A stretch of DNA of 64,000 nucleotides from Bacteroidales bacterium (lineage in GTDB: Bacteria > Bacteroidota > Bacteroidia > Bacteroidales > UBA932). Within the stretch, counting starts at the first letter, position 1, and every line of letters starts with the position of its first letter. Shown here one piece after another: positions 23,331 through 32,699 of the stretch. A program made the translations under genes and the position numbers. Where the stretch lies: positions 50,536-114,535 of the forward strand of contig JAQUBZ010000001.1 in the NCBI GenBank assembly GCA_028686425.1, in the 5' to 3' direction. The notes below the pieces were generated by a model that worked only from the letters and a program-made list of their open reading frames with translations, made no database searches and had not been told where the DNA came from.

Positions 23331-26198
23331 TTATTTTATAAGTTTAGCTACAGCAGCATCGTATTCAGCCTTTGCAAGAGCAAGTTCTTTTTCTGCAGTT
23401 GCAAGAGCAGCCTGAGCTTCAGTTAAATTATTTTCTGCAACTTCAATTGCTGTCTGGATTGGATCGTAACCGGCTTCATACTGAGCCAACAATCTCTTAG
23501 CATCCTGATAAGCTTTTTCAGCGTTGTTAATATTTGCTACGATACCTATTACATAAGCATTGAACGCAGTCTTGTAATCTTGATATACGGCTTCAAAATC
23601 AGCACCTGTATATCCTGAAACGTTAGCGGCAGCAGTGTAAGCATCATCAAGAGCAGTCTTAATACTTACCAAGTGACCAATTGTATGGTTAACCTTGTCA
23701 AGTCTGTCTTCCCAATCTTTCTTAGCAGCTGGGTAGTCTTTCAAATACTTATTAGCTATTTCAAGTTGTTTGCCTTTCAAAGTGTATGCACCGTCTTTGA
23801 TTGCAGCATTGAAAGCAATTTCAGTCTTAACGATAACACCGTCTTTCTTACCTGTCAAAGCAATCATTGCTTCATTGTAAGCAGCAGTCTTAACGTCTTC
23901 TTTATCCTGAGCAGCCTTTCTTGCAGTCTCAAGAGCGTCGAAATCGACAGCAAGCTGGTCAACGAATGCTCTCAAAGCTTCGAGAAGTTCTTTATTTGTT
24001 GACTGATTAGCTACATCTTCGTATGCTTGTTGAGCTTTGAAGTAGTCGAACAACATTGAACCAACAAAATAAGATTTAGCAGGGTCAACATTAGGAGTTC
24101 CGAAGTCATTAAAGTCGTTATTAAATCCTGTAACACCTTTCTGAAGGTTTTCAAGGATAATACCTAATTTTTCAGTGTAAATTACATTGGCTCCATCGAA
24201 GAATACAGCCATATCAGGTTGAGTGAATGTTTCAACAGAGAAGTTCAAAGGAAGACTCTTAACAGTATTGTAGTTTGCAGGAGAGAATGTTTTACCCCAG
24301 AAAGCACAAACTGCTTTTTGGTATTCAATCTCAGTTGCAGGAACGAAAGCTGGATCAGTGAACAATGTTGGTGCATCTTCATCATAAGTAAGGCCATTGA
24401 AATACAATTGTCCAACTGTAAGGTCCATTGAATAATCAGTCCAAGTTCCATCAGTCATACTTCTAAGAACTTTAACGAAAGCATCGTTATCAGGATCTGA
24501 AGGAAGAGTCCAATAATTACCCCCATTACCATCATTGGCAATTTGATAACCTAACCAAGGATCAACGTCACCATAAGCAGAACGAGCTCTGAAGTCAGCC
24601 CCACCGTCAGTACCTGAGAATTTGGCTTGAGTGAAACCACCGATAACAAGATCACCAACGAAAGTAGTCTTTACGGTAATTTCTTTGTAAGTAATAGAGT
24701 CATGAGCAGCAGCAGCTTTACCAATGTAAGCAAGTTTTGCTTTTGCAAAGCCTACAAGAGCATTGTAAAGAGATAGAGAGTCAGCTTTTGAAGCTGCACC
24801 ACCTACATAACCCAATTTATAGTCGTTAGCTGCAAAAATAAGTTGATCGATAGCATCAACAAGAGCTTTCTTGGCAGCAGCGGTATTAGCCTTAATGATA
24901 GAGTTGTCTTCCATCAAAGCACGAGTATCTTCGTAATCTTTCTTTGCCTTGTCAGCAGCTTTTTTCAAAGCTTCAATATTGGTAGCGGCATTTGCAGCAA
25001 CCCATTCTCTTTCAAGAGTGGCAACGATAGTTTCAAGACCATTAGCAACAACTACAGGAGCGGCTATAGTATCACCGGTAGAAACTTCTCTTACTTTTTT
25101 GCTTCCACCTGCAAGAACATAAGCCTTGTCGGCATACTGTGCATGAATCTTAAGAGTATCACTTTCTGTACCTACAACAGCATCAACAAAATGAAAATCA
25201 AGAGGAACTGTCTTGTTCCAAGCTGAACCTTCAACACTTGCATAAGTGGTATAAGGGTAAGCATAAGCAAGGAATCTTGCAAACAAAGGAACTGCAAACA
25301 ATTTCTTGTCAAAAGTGTAATTGTTCTTGATAGTTCCGATATCGATAGTTTTACCCTTTGCAGGAAGAGCAGCTTCAGCAGCTTCAACTTCAGCCTTGTA
25401 AGATTCAAAACCTTCGCAGAAAGTGTTAACCATATAGAACACACTGTCCTGAGTGATTTGATACTTGTTATAGTTCAACTTATCCATCGAATCCTGATAT
25501 TTTTTCAGCTCTTTGTTCCATTGTTCCATATCGGCATCTTTGGTAATGCTTGCCAAATAAGCCTGCCAGTATGCAAGTTCGTCAGCTGCATCATTCATGT
25601 CAGCAGTGTATTTAGCTTTCCAGTCGATTGAATCGTTAAGAGAATACTTAGCTGCCCATAAAGCTGCTTCAGCTGCGGTTACACCTTCAACTGCAGTATC
25701 ATAAGCTGCCAATTTAGCCTTATACTCACTGATAACTGTAGTAAGAAGAGCTGCTTCCTCCGGAGTAAGTCTCATCTTTGCAACTTCAATCTTAGCCAAA
25801 GCCACTCTTAAAGCTTCTTCAGCTTCAGCGCGTGCCTGTTTAGCTTGTGCAAGAGCAGCAGCCTGGCGTTCTTTCATGTTATTGATCTCAAGGGTGAGAG
25901 AGTCAATTTCGAGTTGATTTTGAGCTTTTGTAAGTTCATACTCAAGCTCCTTAATCTTTACTTCAACTGCTCTGAAATTGGCATTTTCCTGAATTAATGC
26001 AGCTTCAGCAAGTACACGTACAGCATTTGCTTTCTGCAAGTCTGCATCTGCGAGTCTTAGTTGAGAGAGAGCATCAAGATAATCGGCCTTAGCCAATCTC
26101 AGTTCTTGAATACCAACAGGCTCAACATAATCAATACAAGAAGTGAAAAGACTGCCGGCAGCAATCATAATCACTAATGAATAAATAATCTTTTTCAT
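23331..26198 (-). CDS. large coiled-coil surface lipoprotein, function unknown
   Basis: 955 aa with a lipobox (GSLFTSC). Long Ala/Glu/Lys-rich heptad-like stretches at both termini flank a globular middle. I recognised no family motif. Confidence 0.6.
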   Translation of the reverse strand: MKKIIYSLVIMIAAGSLFTSCIDYVEPVGIQELRLAKADYLDALSQLRLADADLQKANAVRVLAEAALIQENANFRAVEVKIKELEYELTKAQNQLEIDSLTLEINNMKERQAAALAQAKQARAEAEEALRVALAKIEVAKMRLTPEEAALLTTVISEYKAKLAAYDTAVEGVTAAEAALWAAKYSLNDSIDWKAKYTADMNDAADELAYWQAYLASITKDADMEQWNKELKKYQDSMDKLNYNKYQITQDSVFYMVNTFCEGFESYKAEVEAAEAALPAKGKTIDIGTIKNNYTFDKKLFAVPLFARFLAYAYPYTTYASVEGSAWNKTVPLDFHFVDAVVGTESDTLKIHAQYADKAYVLAGGSKKVREVSTGDTIAAPVVVANGLETIVATLEREWVAANAATNIEALKKAADKAKKDYEDTRALMEDNSIIKANTAAAKKALVDAIDQLIFAANDYKLGYVGGAASKADSLSLYNALVGFAKAKLAYIGKAAAAHDSITYKEITVKTTFVGDLVIGGFTQAKFSGTDGGADFRARSAYGDVDPWLGYQIANDGNGGNYWTLPSDPDNDAFVKVLRSMTDGTWTDYSMDLTVGQLYFNGLTYDEDAPTLFTDPAFVPATEIEYQKAVCAFWGKTFSPANYNTVKSLPLNFSVETFTQPDMAVFFDGANVIYTEKLGIILENLQKGVTGFNNDFNDFGTPNVDPAKSYFVGSMLFDYFKAQQAYEDVANQSTNKELLEALRAFVDQLAVDFDALETARKAAQDKEDVKTAAYNEAMIALTGKKDGVIVKTEIAFNAAIKDGAYTLKGKQLEIANKYLKDYPAAKKDWEDRLDKVNHTIGHLVSIKTALDDAYTAAANVSGYTGADFEAVYQDYKTAFNAYVIGIVANINNAEKAYQDAKRLLAQYEAGYDPIQTAIEVAENNLTEAQAALATAEKELALAKAEYDAAVAKLIK

Positions 26199-26268
26199 AA
26201 AAAAAAATTTGTTAAGTGTTTATTATTTATTGGTTAAACATAAATGAATTCAAAGTAATTCACGGCCT

Positions 26269-26299
26269 CAAATATAGATATAAAATCCAACTTTTCAAA
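26269..26299 (-). promoter_or_regulatory. complete Bacteroidetes-type promoter for the lipoprotein/beta-barrel operon
   Basis: On the minus strand, TTTG (26299-26296), a 19-nt spacer, then TATATTTG (26276-26269). The ATG is at 26198. Confidence 0.5.
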
Positions 26300-26340
26300 A
26301 TAATTTGTTAATAAATAGTTGTTTTTTGTTGAAAAATCAT

Positions 26341-28407
26341 TTAAAAAAATCTAACTCTGTTGTCTGTAATATCGGCTGCATCGGCCAAAACGGTCTGCAT
26401 AATATTCATCCTGTAAGAAGAAATCTGTGCATTACCGGTCTTTGCATCATTCTCGGTAAAGAATGTACCTGTCTCTTTATCAGACACTTGGAATACATAC
26501 ACCCCTATATCGCCTGCAATAGGCCCGCAGATTACACCCTGCTCGGCTCCGGCAACGGCTCCGATAAATTTAGGGTCCAGCGACTGATTCTGTAACGAAC
26601 CGAAAGATACACCGTTCTGATGGCTTACGGTAGTGCCGAGTACTTCGGCAATCTGCTCAATAGTAGTGCAATCCTTTATCTTTTCGGCAATTTCGGCTCT
26701 ATTCTTCTCAATCTTCTTCTCGCTTGCAAGGTTCATTCTTATCTCTTCCTGAACATCTTTCAAAGGGGTAATCCCTGCTTTGCGTGTCTCGGTGACAGCT
26801 GCCACATAGTAGTACTTGTTGTCAACTATAATCACTTCGGATACGTCTCCCTTCTTGGTCCCTTTGTCGAAAACCCAGCGTACAAGCTCGCGAGCATTCT
26901 CGCACACTCCCACGCGTTTGGTACTTTCAACCATGTTGTTCATAGGTATAACCGGAAGATTATCGGCCTTTACAGCCTCTGCAAACTTCTCGAACTTACC
27001 TGCACACTTGTCTGCAAGTTCGGTGGCTTTCATCAGATAATCTCTGTATGTCTCTTCGGACGGAAGTATATTTTTTACAAATGTGGCAAGCTGAACTTTA
27101 TCCACAGGCTTGGTCCTCTCTTCAACATACAACACGAACCACGCCTGAGAATTGGTCAATTTGACTTTTATCACTTTGCCTTCCTGCGGATCGAATACTA
27201 CGTTGAAAGCGTCAAGACCGTTGGCCAACAGACCTTCCTGATTAATCCATCCCATTTCTGTAAAGTCAGGTGTAACCTTTCCGGCCTTTTTGGCAGCAGC
27301 CACAAGAGAGTCGGCAGAAGATTCGTTCTGAAGAGGAAATGTAGCATAATGTATCTTGGCAGAATCGGCAAGCGACTTGGCGGAAACAACTCTTGCCGCA
27401 GAGAAACTCTCATCGGTAGTATGAATTGCACTTACCCCGCTTCTATCCTTACCGAAAGCATATTCCGCATATTCGGGAACGGATTCGAGCTGGCTCTTCT
27501 TATAATAATAGGTATCCCACTTGCCGTCGGAGTTGAGAGCGACAAAATTCTTTAAATTGTCGGCTGTCTTGAAATCTTCATAAAGAGAGTCGAAATTCTG
27601 CTTTGTATTGTCAATATCCTCCTGTGAAGGGACCACTTCAAACAATACATACTCTATATCCCTGTTGGCAGGCTGTTTCATATTGCTCTTGCGGGCATTA
27701 TAGAAATCCTTGATCTCCTGTGCTGAGACGGTAATTGTCGAATCCTGCTCAAATCCTGCAGGTATCATCACGAAATCGACATCTGAAATGACGTTATTCT
27801 CCAATATGGCACGTCTTAACTCAACGGCACTCTGAATGTTGCTCTTTTCGATAAGAGAGGCATATTTGGTATATAACTGCTGCTTGTAAACAGCATTTTC
27901 AAGATAATTCCAATAGAAATCGGCATTGCCTGAAGCATCGCTGCCGGCAGATTGAATAAACTGTGCAAGAAGCTCTCTGCTGAACACTCCGTCCTGTCCG
28001 ATAAACATCGGCTGCTGAGCAAGTACGGGAGAGACCTGATTGCCCTGACTGAGATCTACTATCTCATCATCACACACTGCAACACCTGCTTTGGTTGCTG
28101 CAGGAATAAATACCTCCTTGTCGAAGATAGACTGCCATGCAGCATCTCTGAGAGCTGCCTGTCCCTCTTCATCTGTTGAACCCTGACCTGTCAGCTCGGA
28201 AAGTTTTGTATAATAGTTAAGCTCTTCATAAAAATCTTTATACGAAATAGCCTTGCCGTTCATCTCACCAACTTTATTCTCCGATGAAAACATTTGAAAT
28301 GTTGAGCGCAGTGTGTCCGGATCGACAATAAAGGACAACAGAGCCACAGCAATAAGAATCGTTATTAGGATTCCGAATTTGACGCGAATTTTCTCTAGGA
28401 CCGCCAT
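26341..28407 (-). CDS. periplasmic chaperone/peptidyl-prolyl isomerase, PpiD-like
   Basis: 688 aa. N-terminus MAVLEKIRVKFGILITILIAVALLSF (membrane anchor) followed by SurA_N-like and parvulin-like regions. Lies in the position expected for Bacteroidales synteny. Confidence 0.8.
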   Translation of the reverse strand: MAVLEKIRVKFGILITILIAVALLSFIVDPDTLRSTFQMFSSENKVGEMNGKAISYKDFYEELNYYTKLSELTGQGSTDEEGQAALRDAAWQSIFDKEVFIPAATKAGVAVCDDEIVDLSQGNQVSPVLAQQPMFIGQDGVFSRELLAQFIQSAGSDASGNADFYWNYLENAVYKQQLYTKYASLIEKSNIQSAVELRRAILENNVISDVDFVMIPAGFEQDSTITVSAQEIKDFYNARKSNMKQPANRDIEYVLFEVVPSQEDIDNTKQNFDSLYEDFKTADNLKNFVALNSDGKWDTYYYKKSQLESVPEYAEYAFGKDRSGVSAIHTTDESFSAARVVSAKSLADSAKIHYATFPLQNESSADSLVAAAKKAGKVTPDFTEMGWINQEGLLANGLDAFNVVFDPQEGKVIKVKLTNSQAWFVLYVEERTKPVDKVQLATFVKNILPSEETYRDYLMKATELADKCAGKFEKFAEAVKADNLPVIPMNNMVESTKRVGVCENARELVRWVFDKGTKKGDVSEVIIVDNKYYYVAAVTETRKAGITPLKDVQEEIRMNLASEKKIEKNRAEIAEKIKDCTTIEQIAEVLGTTVSHQNGVSFGSLQNQSLDPKFIGAVAGAEQGVICGPIAGDIGVYVFQVSDKETGTFFTENDAKTGNAQISSYRMNIMQTVLADAADITDNRVRFF

Positions 28408-28468
28408 TTTTGTTTAGTTTTAGTTAATTATTCTTTACTTTTCAATACTCTTGTTTGGAAACGAAATG

Positions 28469-28476
28469 CAAAAGTA
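28469..28476 (-). promoter_or_regulatory. -7 box (TACTTTTG) upstream of the ppiD-like gene
   Basis: TAnnTTTG match on the minus strand, about 60 nt upstream of the ATG. Confidence 0.35.
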
Positions 28477-28507
28477 AACAAAAATCTATTATAAGATGCA
28501 GGTTAGG

Positions 28508-29158
28508 TTAAAAACGTTGCATCAAAGGACCAATAAAATTTACAGAATCCATATAAAAATGTGTAGAATCCTGCATAACCGAGTATGAATCGAATGGTCT
28601 TTTTATAATAGCATTCCTTGCCATCTCATCCGATTCCATCCCGTATCCCTGCATCATTCCCTGTTCGGATGATAGTTTTACATAACAGTTTGTATATATT
28701 TTCTTCTCTTCCTGATTCCAATAGATAGTGTCACTCTCCATCTGTTCCCCTTTTATATAGTTGATTATCACCACATCACCGAATACCGACCATGACTCCT
28801 GCCCCACTGTCGTGACGTGTTTGGCCTCCTTGGCGGTTATCTTGGTCTCAAGCTCTCCCGCCTCCGTATATGCAAATACATTAAATCCATCGGGATAATA
28901 TTCGTAACCTACCTGCACCGAATCCTTTACATAAGAATATCTCTTCATCGTGGGAGCTTTCATCCTCATCGTGGCACTCCCTTTCTCGGACTGGGTGATC
29001 GAGACATCCTTAACTATCTGTACGGGGACCTTCTCTGCATCTATCGGCTGATAGTCGTCCGACCCCTTACACGAATAAATCATAAAAACCATTATAGCCG
29101 TCAAAATAAATTTGACAGCTATAACGGGTATTATTGTATATCTTGAATGATTGTTCAA
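28508..29158 (-). CDS. lptC: putative LPS export protein LptC
   Basis: 216 aa. N-terminal TM anchor, an OstA/LptC-like beta-jellyroll pattern, and a position next to TPR/OMP/coaX as in other Bacteroidales. TTG start in the ORF track. Confidence 0.5.
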   Translation of the reverse strand: MNNHSRYTIIPVIAVKFILTAIMVFMIYSCKGSDDYQPIDAEKVPVQIVKDVSITQSEKGSATMRMKAPTMKRYSYVKDSVQVGYEYYPDGFNVFAYTEAGELETKITAKEAKHVTTVGQESWSVFGDVVIINYIKGEQMESDTIYWNQEEKKIYTNCYVKLSSEQGMMQGYGMESDEMARNAIIKRPFDSYSVMQDSTHFYMDSVNFIGPLMQRF

Positions 29159-30478
29159 TTATTTCTGGGTTCTTACGGTTGTGCTCTCTCTCATTCCTGC
29201 ACAAGATACTGTGTATGAAGAGCCGTCAATGAGGTCGTACATGAAGGCATCTGCCTGCATCGGGAAATAGCTGCGGTATTGGGCGGCAAGCTTGTTGGCC
29301 TCTTCTGCAAGAGACTCGTCGGCATTGCGTGCTTTCACCATATAATCAACTGCTACCCAGAACGGTGCTCTCGCTTCAACTTCATTACCCGTGCATTTCT
29401 GAGAACCCCATACCGTGCCGATCAGCAGATATGCCTTTCCTGCAAGTTCCGGTTTGATATCAATCACCTTCTTGGCGGTATTGACAGCACTTGCAGCCTT
29501 ACCCATCTTCTTGAAATAGAATGTTGCAAGCTCAAAATAGTAATCGGCTGCCTGAGACACATCCGTTCCCTCCACCATCTTGATGGCATCTTCAAGGGAA
29601 GCGGCCGCCATATCGTTCTTGTCGCGTGAAGAGTATAATTTGTAGAGATAGTACGCACTGCTTGCAGAAGGGTCAATCTTGTGAAGAGACTCGACTGCCT
29701 GAAGGAACAATTCTGTCTCGAGACAATCCGAAGAGCTCAACATCTTGACCATGCTCGATACAACATCTTTGTCTTCGGGATTGGCATTGTATCTCGGAGT
29801 ATATAGGGCAACAAGGTTGTCACATGAAGCCACACCGCTCTCCATGAGCAATGATTCAACATCGTGCTTGGCTGAAATATAATATTCGGGTTTGGGATTC
29901 TCTTCGATAATACAATCTATATCCTCGATTGTAGTGGTATAGTTGCTCATCACTTCTTCAGCGGTCAGAAGAGACTTTTTGTACAATTCCACTGCAAGCT
30001 GCATCCGTTTGACATAAACGACAGGGCTGCAGTTGGCGCAGATAGAACCGATAATCTCGGAAAGAGCATCATATTGCTTTTTGATATTATCACCGTAACA
30101 ATTGAAACTGATTATATCCATTGCCTTATTGTCGAGACTTTTAATCTTATATTTCGGATAATATTGTGCGCGTATATCATGCAGCATTATCAAGGAGTCG
30201 AGAATTTCCTGTCTGCGCACTGCATTTTTCTCTCCCTTTATCTCGTGACGCAAGATAGTCTGACCATTGATAAATAGATTCTGGCTTGCGGTCGGAGGGC
30301 AGAGAGATATGGCTTTTCTCCAGAAAGGAGCTGCTTCGGCATAATTCTTCTGCTTTACAAACTCTGCATAGTATGAGAGATATTTGACACATTCGGCACT
30401 GTCTTTTCCATATTTGCCTTGAGAAAAAGATGGAACTGCAAGTAGAACTGCGAAAAGGATAACTACAATTTTCTTCAT
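29159..30478 (-). CDS. tetratricopeptide-repeat protein (secreted)
   Basis: Signal peptide MKKIVVILFAVLLAVPSFSQ, then repeated TPR-like helical pairs (YAEAAPFWRKAI..., AADYYFELATFYFK...). I chose the internal ATG as the start. Confidence 0.7.
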   Translation of the reverse strand: MKKIVVILFAVLLAVPSFSQGKYGKDSAECVKYLSYYAEFVKQKNYAEAAPFWRKAISLCPPTASQNLFINGQTILRHEIKGEKNAVRRQEILDSLIMLHDIRAQYYPKYKIKSLDNKAMDIISFNCYGDNIKKQYDALSEIIGSICANCSPVVYVKRMQLAVELYKKSLLTAEEVMSNYTTTIEDIDCIIEENPKPEYYISAKHDVESLLMESGVASCDNLVALYTPRYNANPEDKDVVSSMVKMLSSSDCLETELFLQAVESLHKIDPSASSAYYLYKLYSSRDKNDMAAASLEDAIKMVEGTDVSQAADYYFELATFYFKKMGKAASAVNTAKKVIDIKPELAGKAYLLIGTVWGSQKCTGNEVEARAPFWVAVDYMVKARNADESLAEEANKLAAQYRSYFPMQADAFMYDLIDGSSYTVSCAGMRESTTVRTQK

Positions 30479-30525
30479 ATTTTCAGTTTTTTTTAAATCG
30501 AGCGACAAAGTTAATAATTTTTATT

Positions 30526-31857
30526 TTATTGATACAATGGTTTCATAAACCAAATATCATGCAAATTAAATGAAAGAGTGAAAAGGAAGTACCTTTCCCT
30601 TATCATATTATTGGTCATGCTCCCCTTCTGCCCCATGTCTATTCCGAAAGAGATGGCGTTGTAATAACGGAACACCGGAAACGAAATACCCAATGTAATG
30701 CCCTGCGAGGCAATCTTGTGGCCATTAAGGGTAAAATAGGAGTTATCGTAATAAGCTCCCACCTTGTATGTCAACTTCTTGGCATAGTATCTGACATCGT
30801 ATCTGTTGGGAGTATATTCCATGCCGACCTTGAACGATTGAGATACCGAGGGCTTGAAATCAATCCCCGGAGTGGCTTCAAACTCCGTGGAAGACCAATC
30901 CTGACGGACGTAGTCCAAACCCACCATCCATTTGTCTTTGTCCCTGAAAGTGATTCCCACTCCAATCTCCCGAGGCACCGATTGATTAATATCGGTACGT
31001 ATGAAATTGATTGTATCCGTGACACTTGTCGATACTCCGTAAGCATATCTCGTCTCTTCCCCTTTCAATGTGGATGGCAACTGATATGTAGCCCCTATTA
31101 TCATGGAAGTATTGGCGTTGAGAGGCTGCTCGTATTGAAGTCCGAACTTTCCCGAAACACCTCTTATCACATGAGTCCACCCCGACTTGATAGTCCTGTA
31201 AGTGGTATTGGTGGTAAAATAGGCACTGCTGTAACGGTTGATGGTGCCGAAATAACACACAGCCTCGGCTCCGACACTCAATCTGTCGAAAAATGTGGCC
31301 CCGTATCCCATAAAACCTCTGTAAATACCTCCCTGCCCCACTTTATTGTAAACTATATTGCCCATTTCGGCTACAATCTCCTTATCTGTCTCGGACGAAA
31401 TAAATTTGTATCCGACATTACTGTAAGGAGTGATACCTATCTGCATTGCCGAACTCTTATAAATTGGAAATGAGGCTATTATGTGGTGCATATTGAAGGT
31501 GTTGTTGACTGTGGTCAACTTGTCCGAAGATACGGATCCGACAGCCGTTGCCGCATTGGCGGAAAAATATGTATTCTTCTGTTCCACTCCGAAGTCGAGC
31601 ATAAAAGACTGTTTCTCTCTTGCGGTCACAGCTGCAGGATTGAGATAGTTGATATATCTGACATTTCTGTCTCCAATCCCGATGCCTCCCATTGAGCGGT
31701 TATAGGTGGTTCCCTGCTTTACCAAATCCCCTATACCGAATAGAGAATACGGAGTAAATCCCATTTCGGCCGTAGAGGTTTGCGCAAATGAATTTGTTGT
31801 CGTATATAATGTTGCAGAACAAATTACAAAGACAAATAATAATAATTTTTTATACAT
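30526..31857 (-). CDS. outer-membrane beta-barrel protein, function unknown
   Basis: Signal peptide MYKKLLLFVFVICS...AQ, followed by amphipathic beta-strand periodicity throughout. The start overlaps the coaX stop by 8 nt. Confidence 0.55.
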   Translation of the reverse strand: MYKKLLLFVFVICSATLYTTTNSFAQTSTAEMGFTPYSLFGIGDLVKQGTTYNRSMGGIGIGDRNVRYINYLNPAAVTAREKQSFMLDFGVEQKNTYFSANAATAVGSVSSDKLTTVNNTFNMHHIIASFPIYKSSAMQIGITPYSNVGYKFISSETDKEIVAEMGNIVYNKVGQGGIYRGFMGYGATFFDRLSVGAEAVCYFGTINRYSSAYFTTNTTYRTIKSGWTHVIRGVSGKFGLQYEQPLNANTSMIIGATYQLPSTLKGEETRYAYGVSTSVTDTINFIRTDINQSVPREIGVGITFRDKDKWMVGLDYVRQDWSSTEFEATPGIDFKPSVSQSFKVGMEYTPNRYDVRYYAKKLTYKVGAYYDNSYFTLNGHKIASQGITLGISFPVFRYYNAISFGIDMGQKGSMTNNMIRERYFLFTLSFNLHDIWFMKPLYQ

Positions 31858-32692
31858 TTTTGGTTTCAACATAATGCCGCGCTATTTGGGACAAACCCAT
31901 CAGTACTAAATTATAAACTACAAAGATGGTGTTTTTTCCCTCTCTTTTTAATAAATCCGCAAAATAAATTGCATCTCCTCCCGTAAAAATAACCGTCCTG
32001 TCGGGATGCGATGCCATATATCCCTGTATTTCAAACATTATGCCGAGAATATTTCCTGCGGCGAGAGAAGTATCCAAATCGGTCCCGATTGTACTTATTT
32101 CCAAAACGTTATGTTTCTCCAGAAAATCATTCGGATTGAGCAGGGGAATACGCTGCGTATAATAGCTCAACGCTTTGTATCTGGTATTCAGCCCCAGAGA
32201 AATAGTGCCTCCGAGATACTTCGCCTTTTGAGGGGTATCAAACAGACCTGCATCTCTGCGACCGTTGATATACTCCACCGTTGTCGCCGTACCGAAATCG
32301 AATACCATCAGATCCTTGTCGGGGAACAAATTGTTGGATGCGAGAATTGCTGCCATTCTGTCTGCCCCCATACCATCGGGCATATTTTCAAGTACCTCAA
32401 AATCAGATACATCTCCCTCTTCCGACAGAAGTGAACGGACCATATCGAGATCCAGCACCACAAGACGGCGGCAACATTTTGTCCTGAGCACTTCCTCAAG
32501 CTCTCTGTCATCCTTTCGTACATTACTCAATACCGCAACTTCGAGAATCTGACGATTACACTCCTTCTTTATGGTCCTTACTATAAATGATGATATATCG
32601 TCTCCTCCGTAACGGATTATCTTTCCTATGGTATTACCTGTTGAGAAAGCTATTTTACAGGCAGTATTTCCTATGTCTATCAGTAAATTCAT
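31850..32692 (-). CDS. coaX: type III pantothenate kinase
   Basis: 280 aa. MNLLIDIGNT (phosphate-1), DFGTATT, and FTGGDA motifs of the CoaX/ASKHA fold. Confidence 0.9.
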   Translation of the reverse strand: MNLLIDIGNTACKIAFSTGNTIGKIIRYGGDDISSFIVRTIKKECNRQILEVAVLSNVRKDDRELEEVLRTKCCRRLVVLDLDMVRSLLSEEGDVSDFEVLENMPDGMGADRMAAILASNNLFPDKDLMVFDFGTATTVEYINGRRDAGLFDTPQKAKYLGGTISLGLNTRYKALSYYTQRIPLLNPNDFLEKHNVLEISTIGTDLDTSLAAGNILGIMFEIQGYMASHPDRTVIFTGGDAIYFADLLKREGKNTIFVVYNLVLMGLSQIARHYVETKNV

Positions 32693-32699
32693 ATTTTCA

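Noticed and set aside
26620-27555. 311-aa ORF on the + strand
   Set aside because: It lies entirely antisense to the well-supported ppiD-like gene, and its composition is hydrophobic and low in information, typical of shadow ORFs.
30718-31473. 251-aa ORF on the + strand
   Set aside because: Antisense shadow of the beta-barrel gene at 30526-31857.
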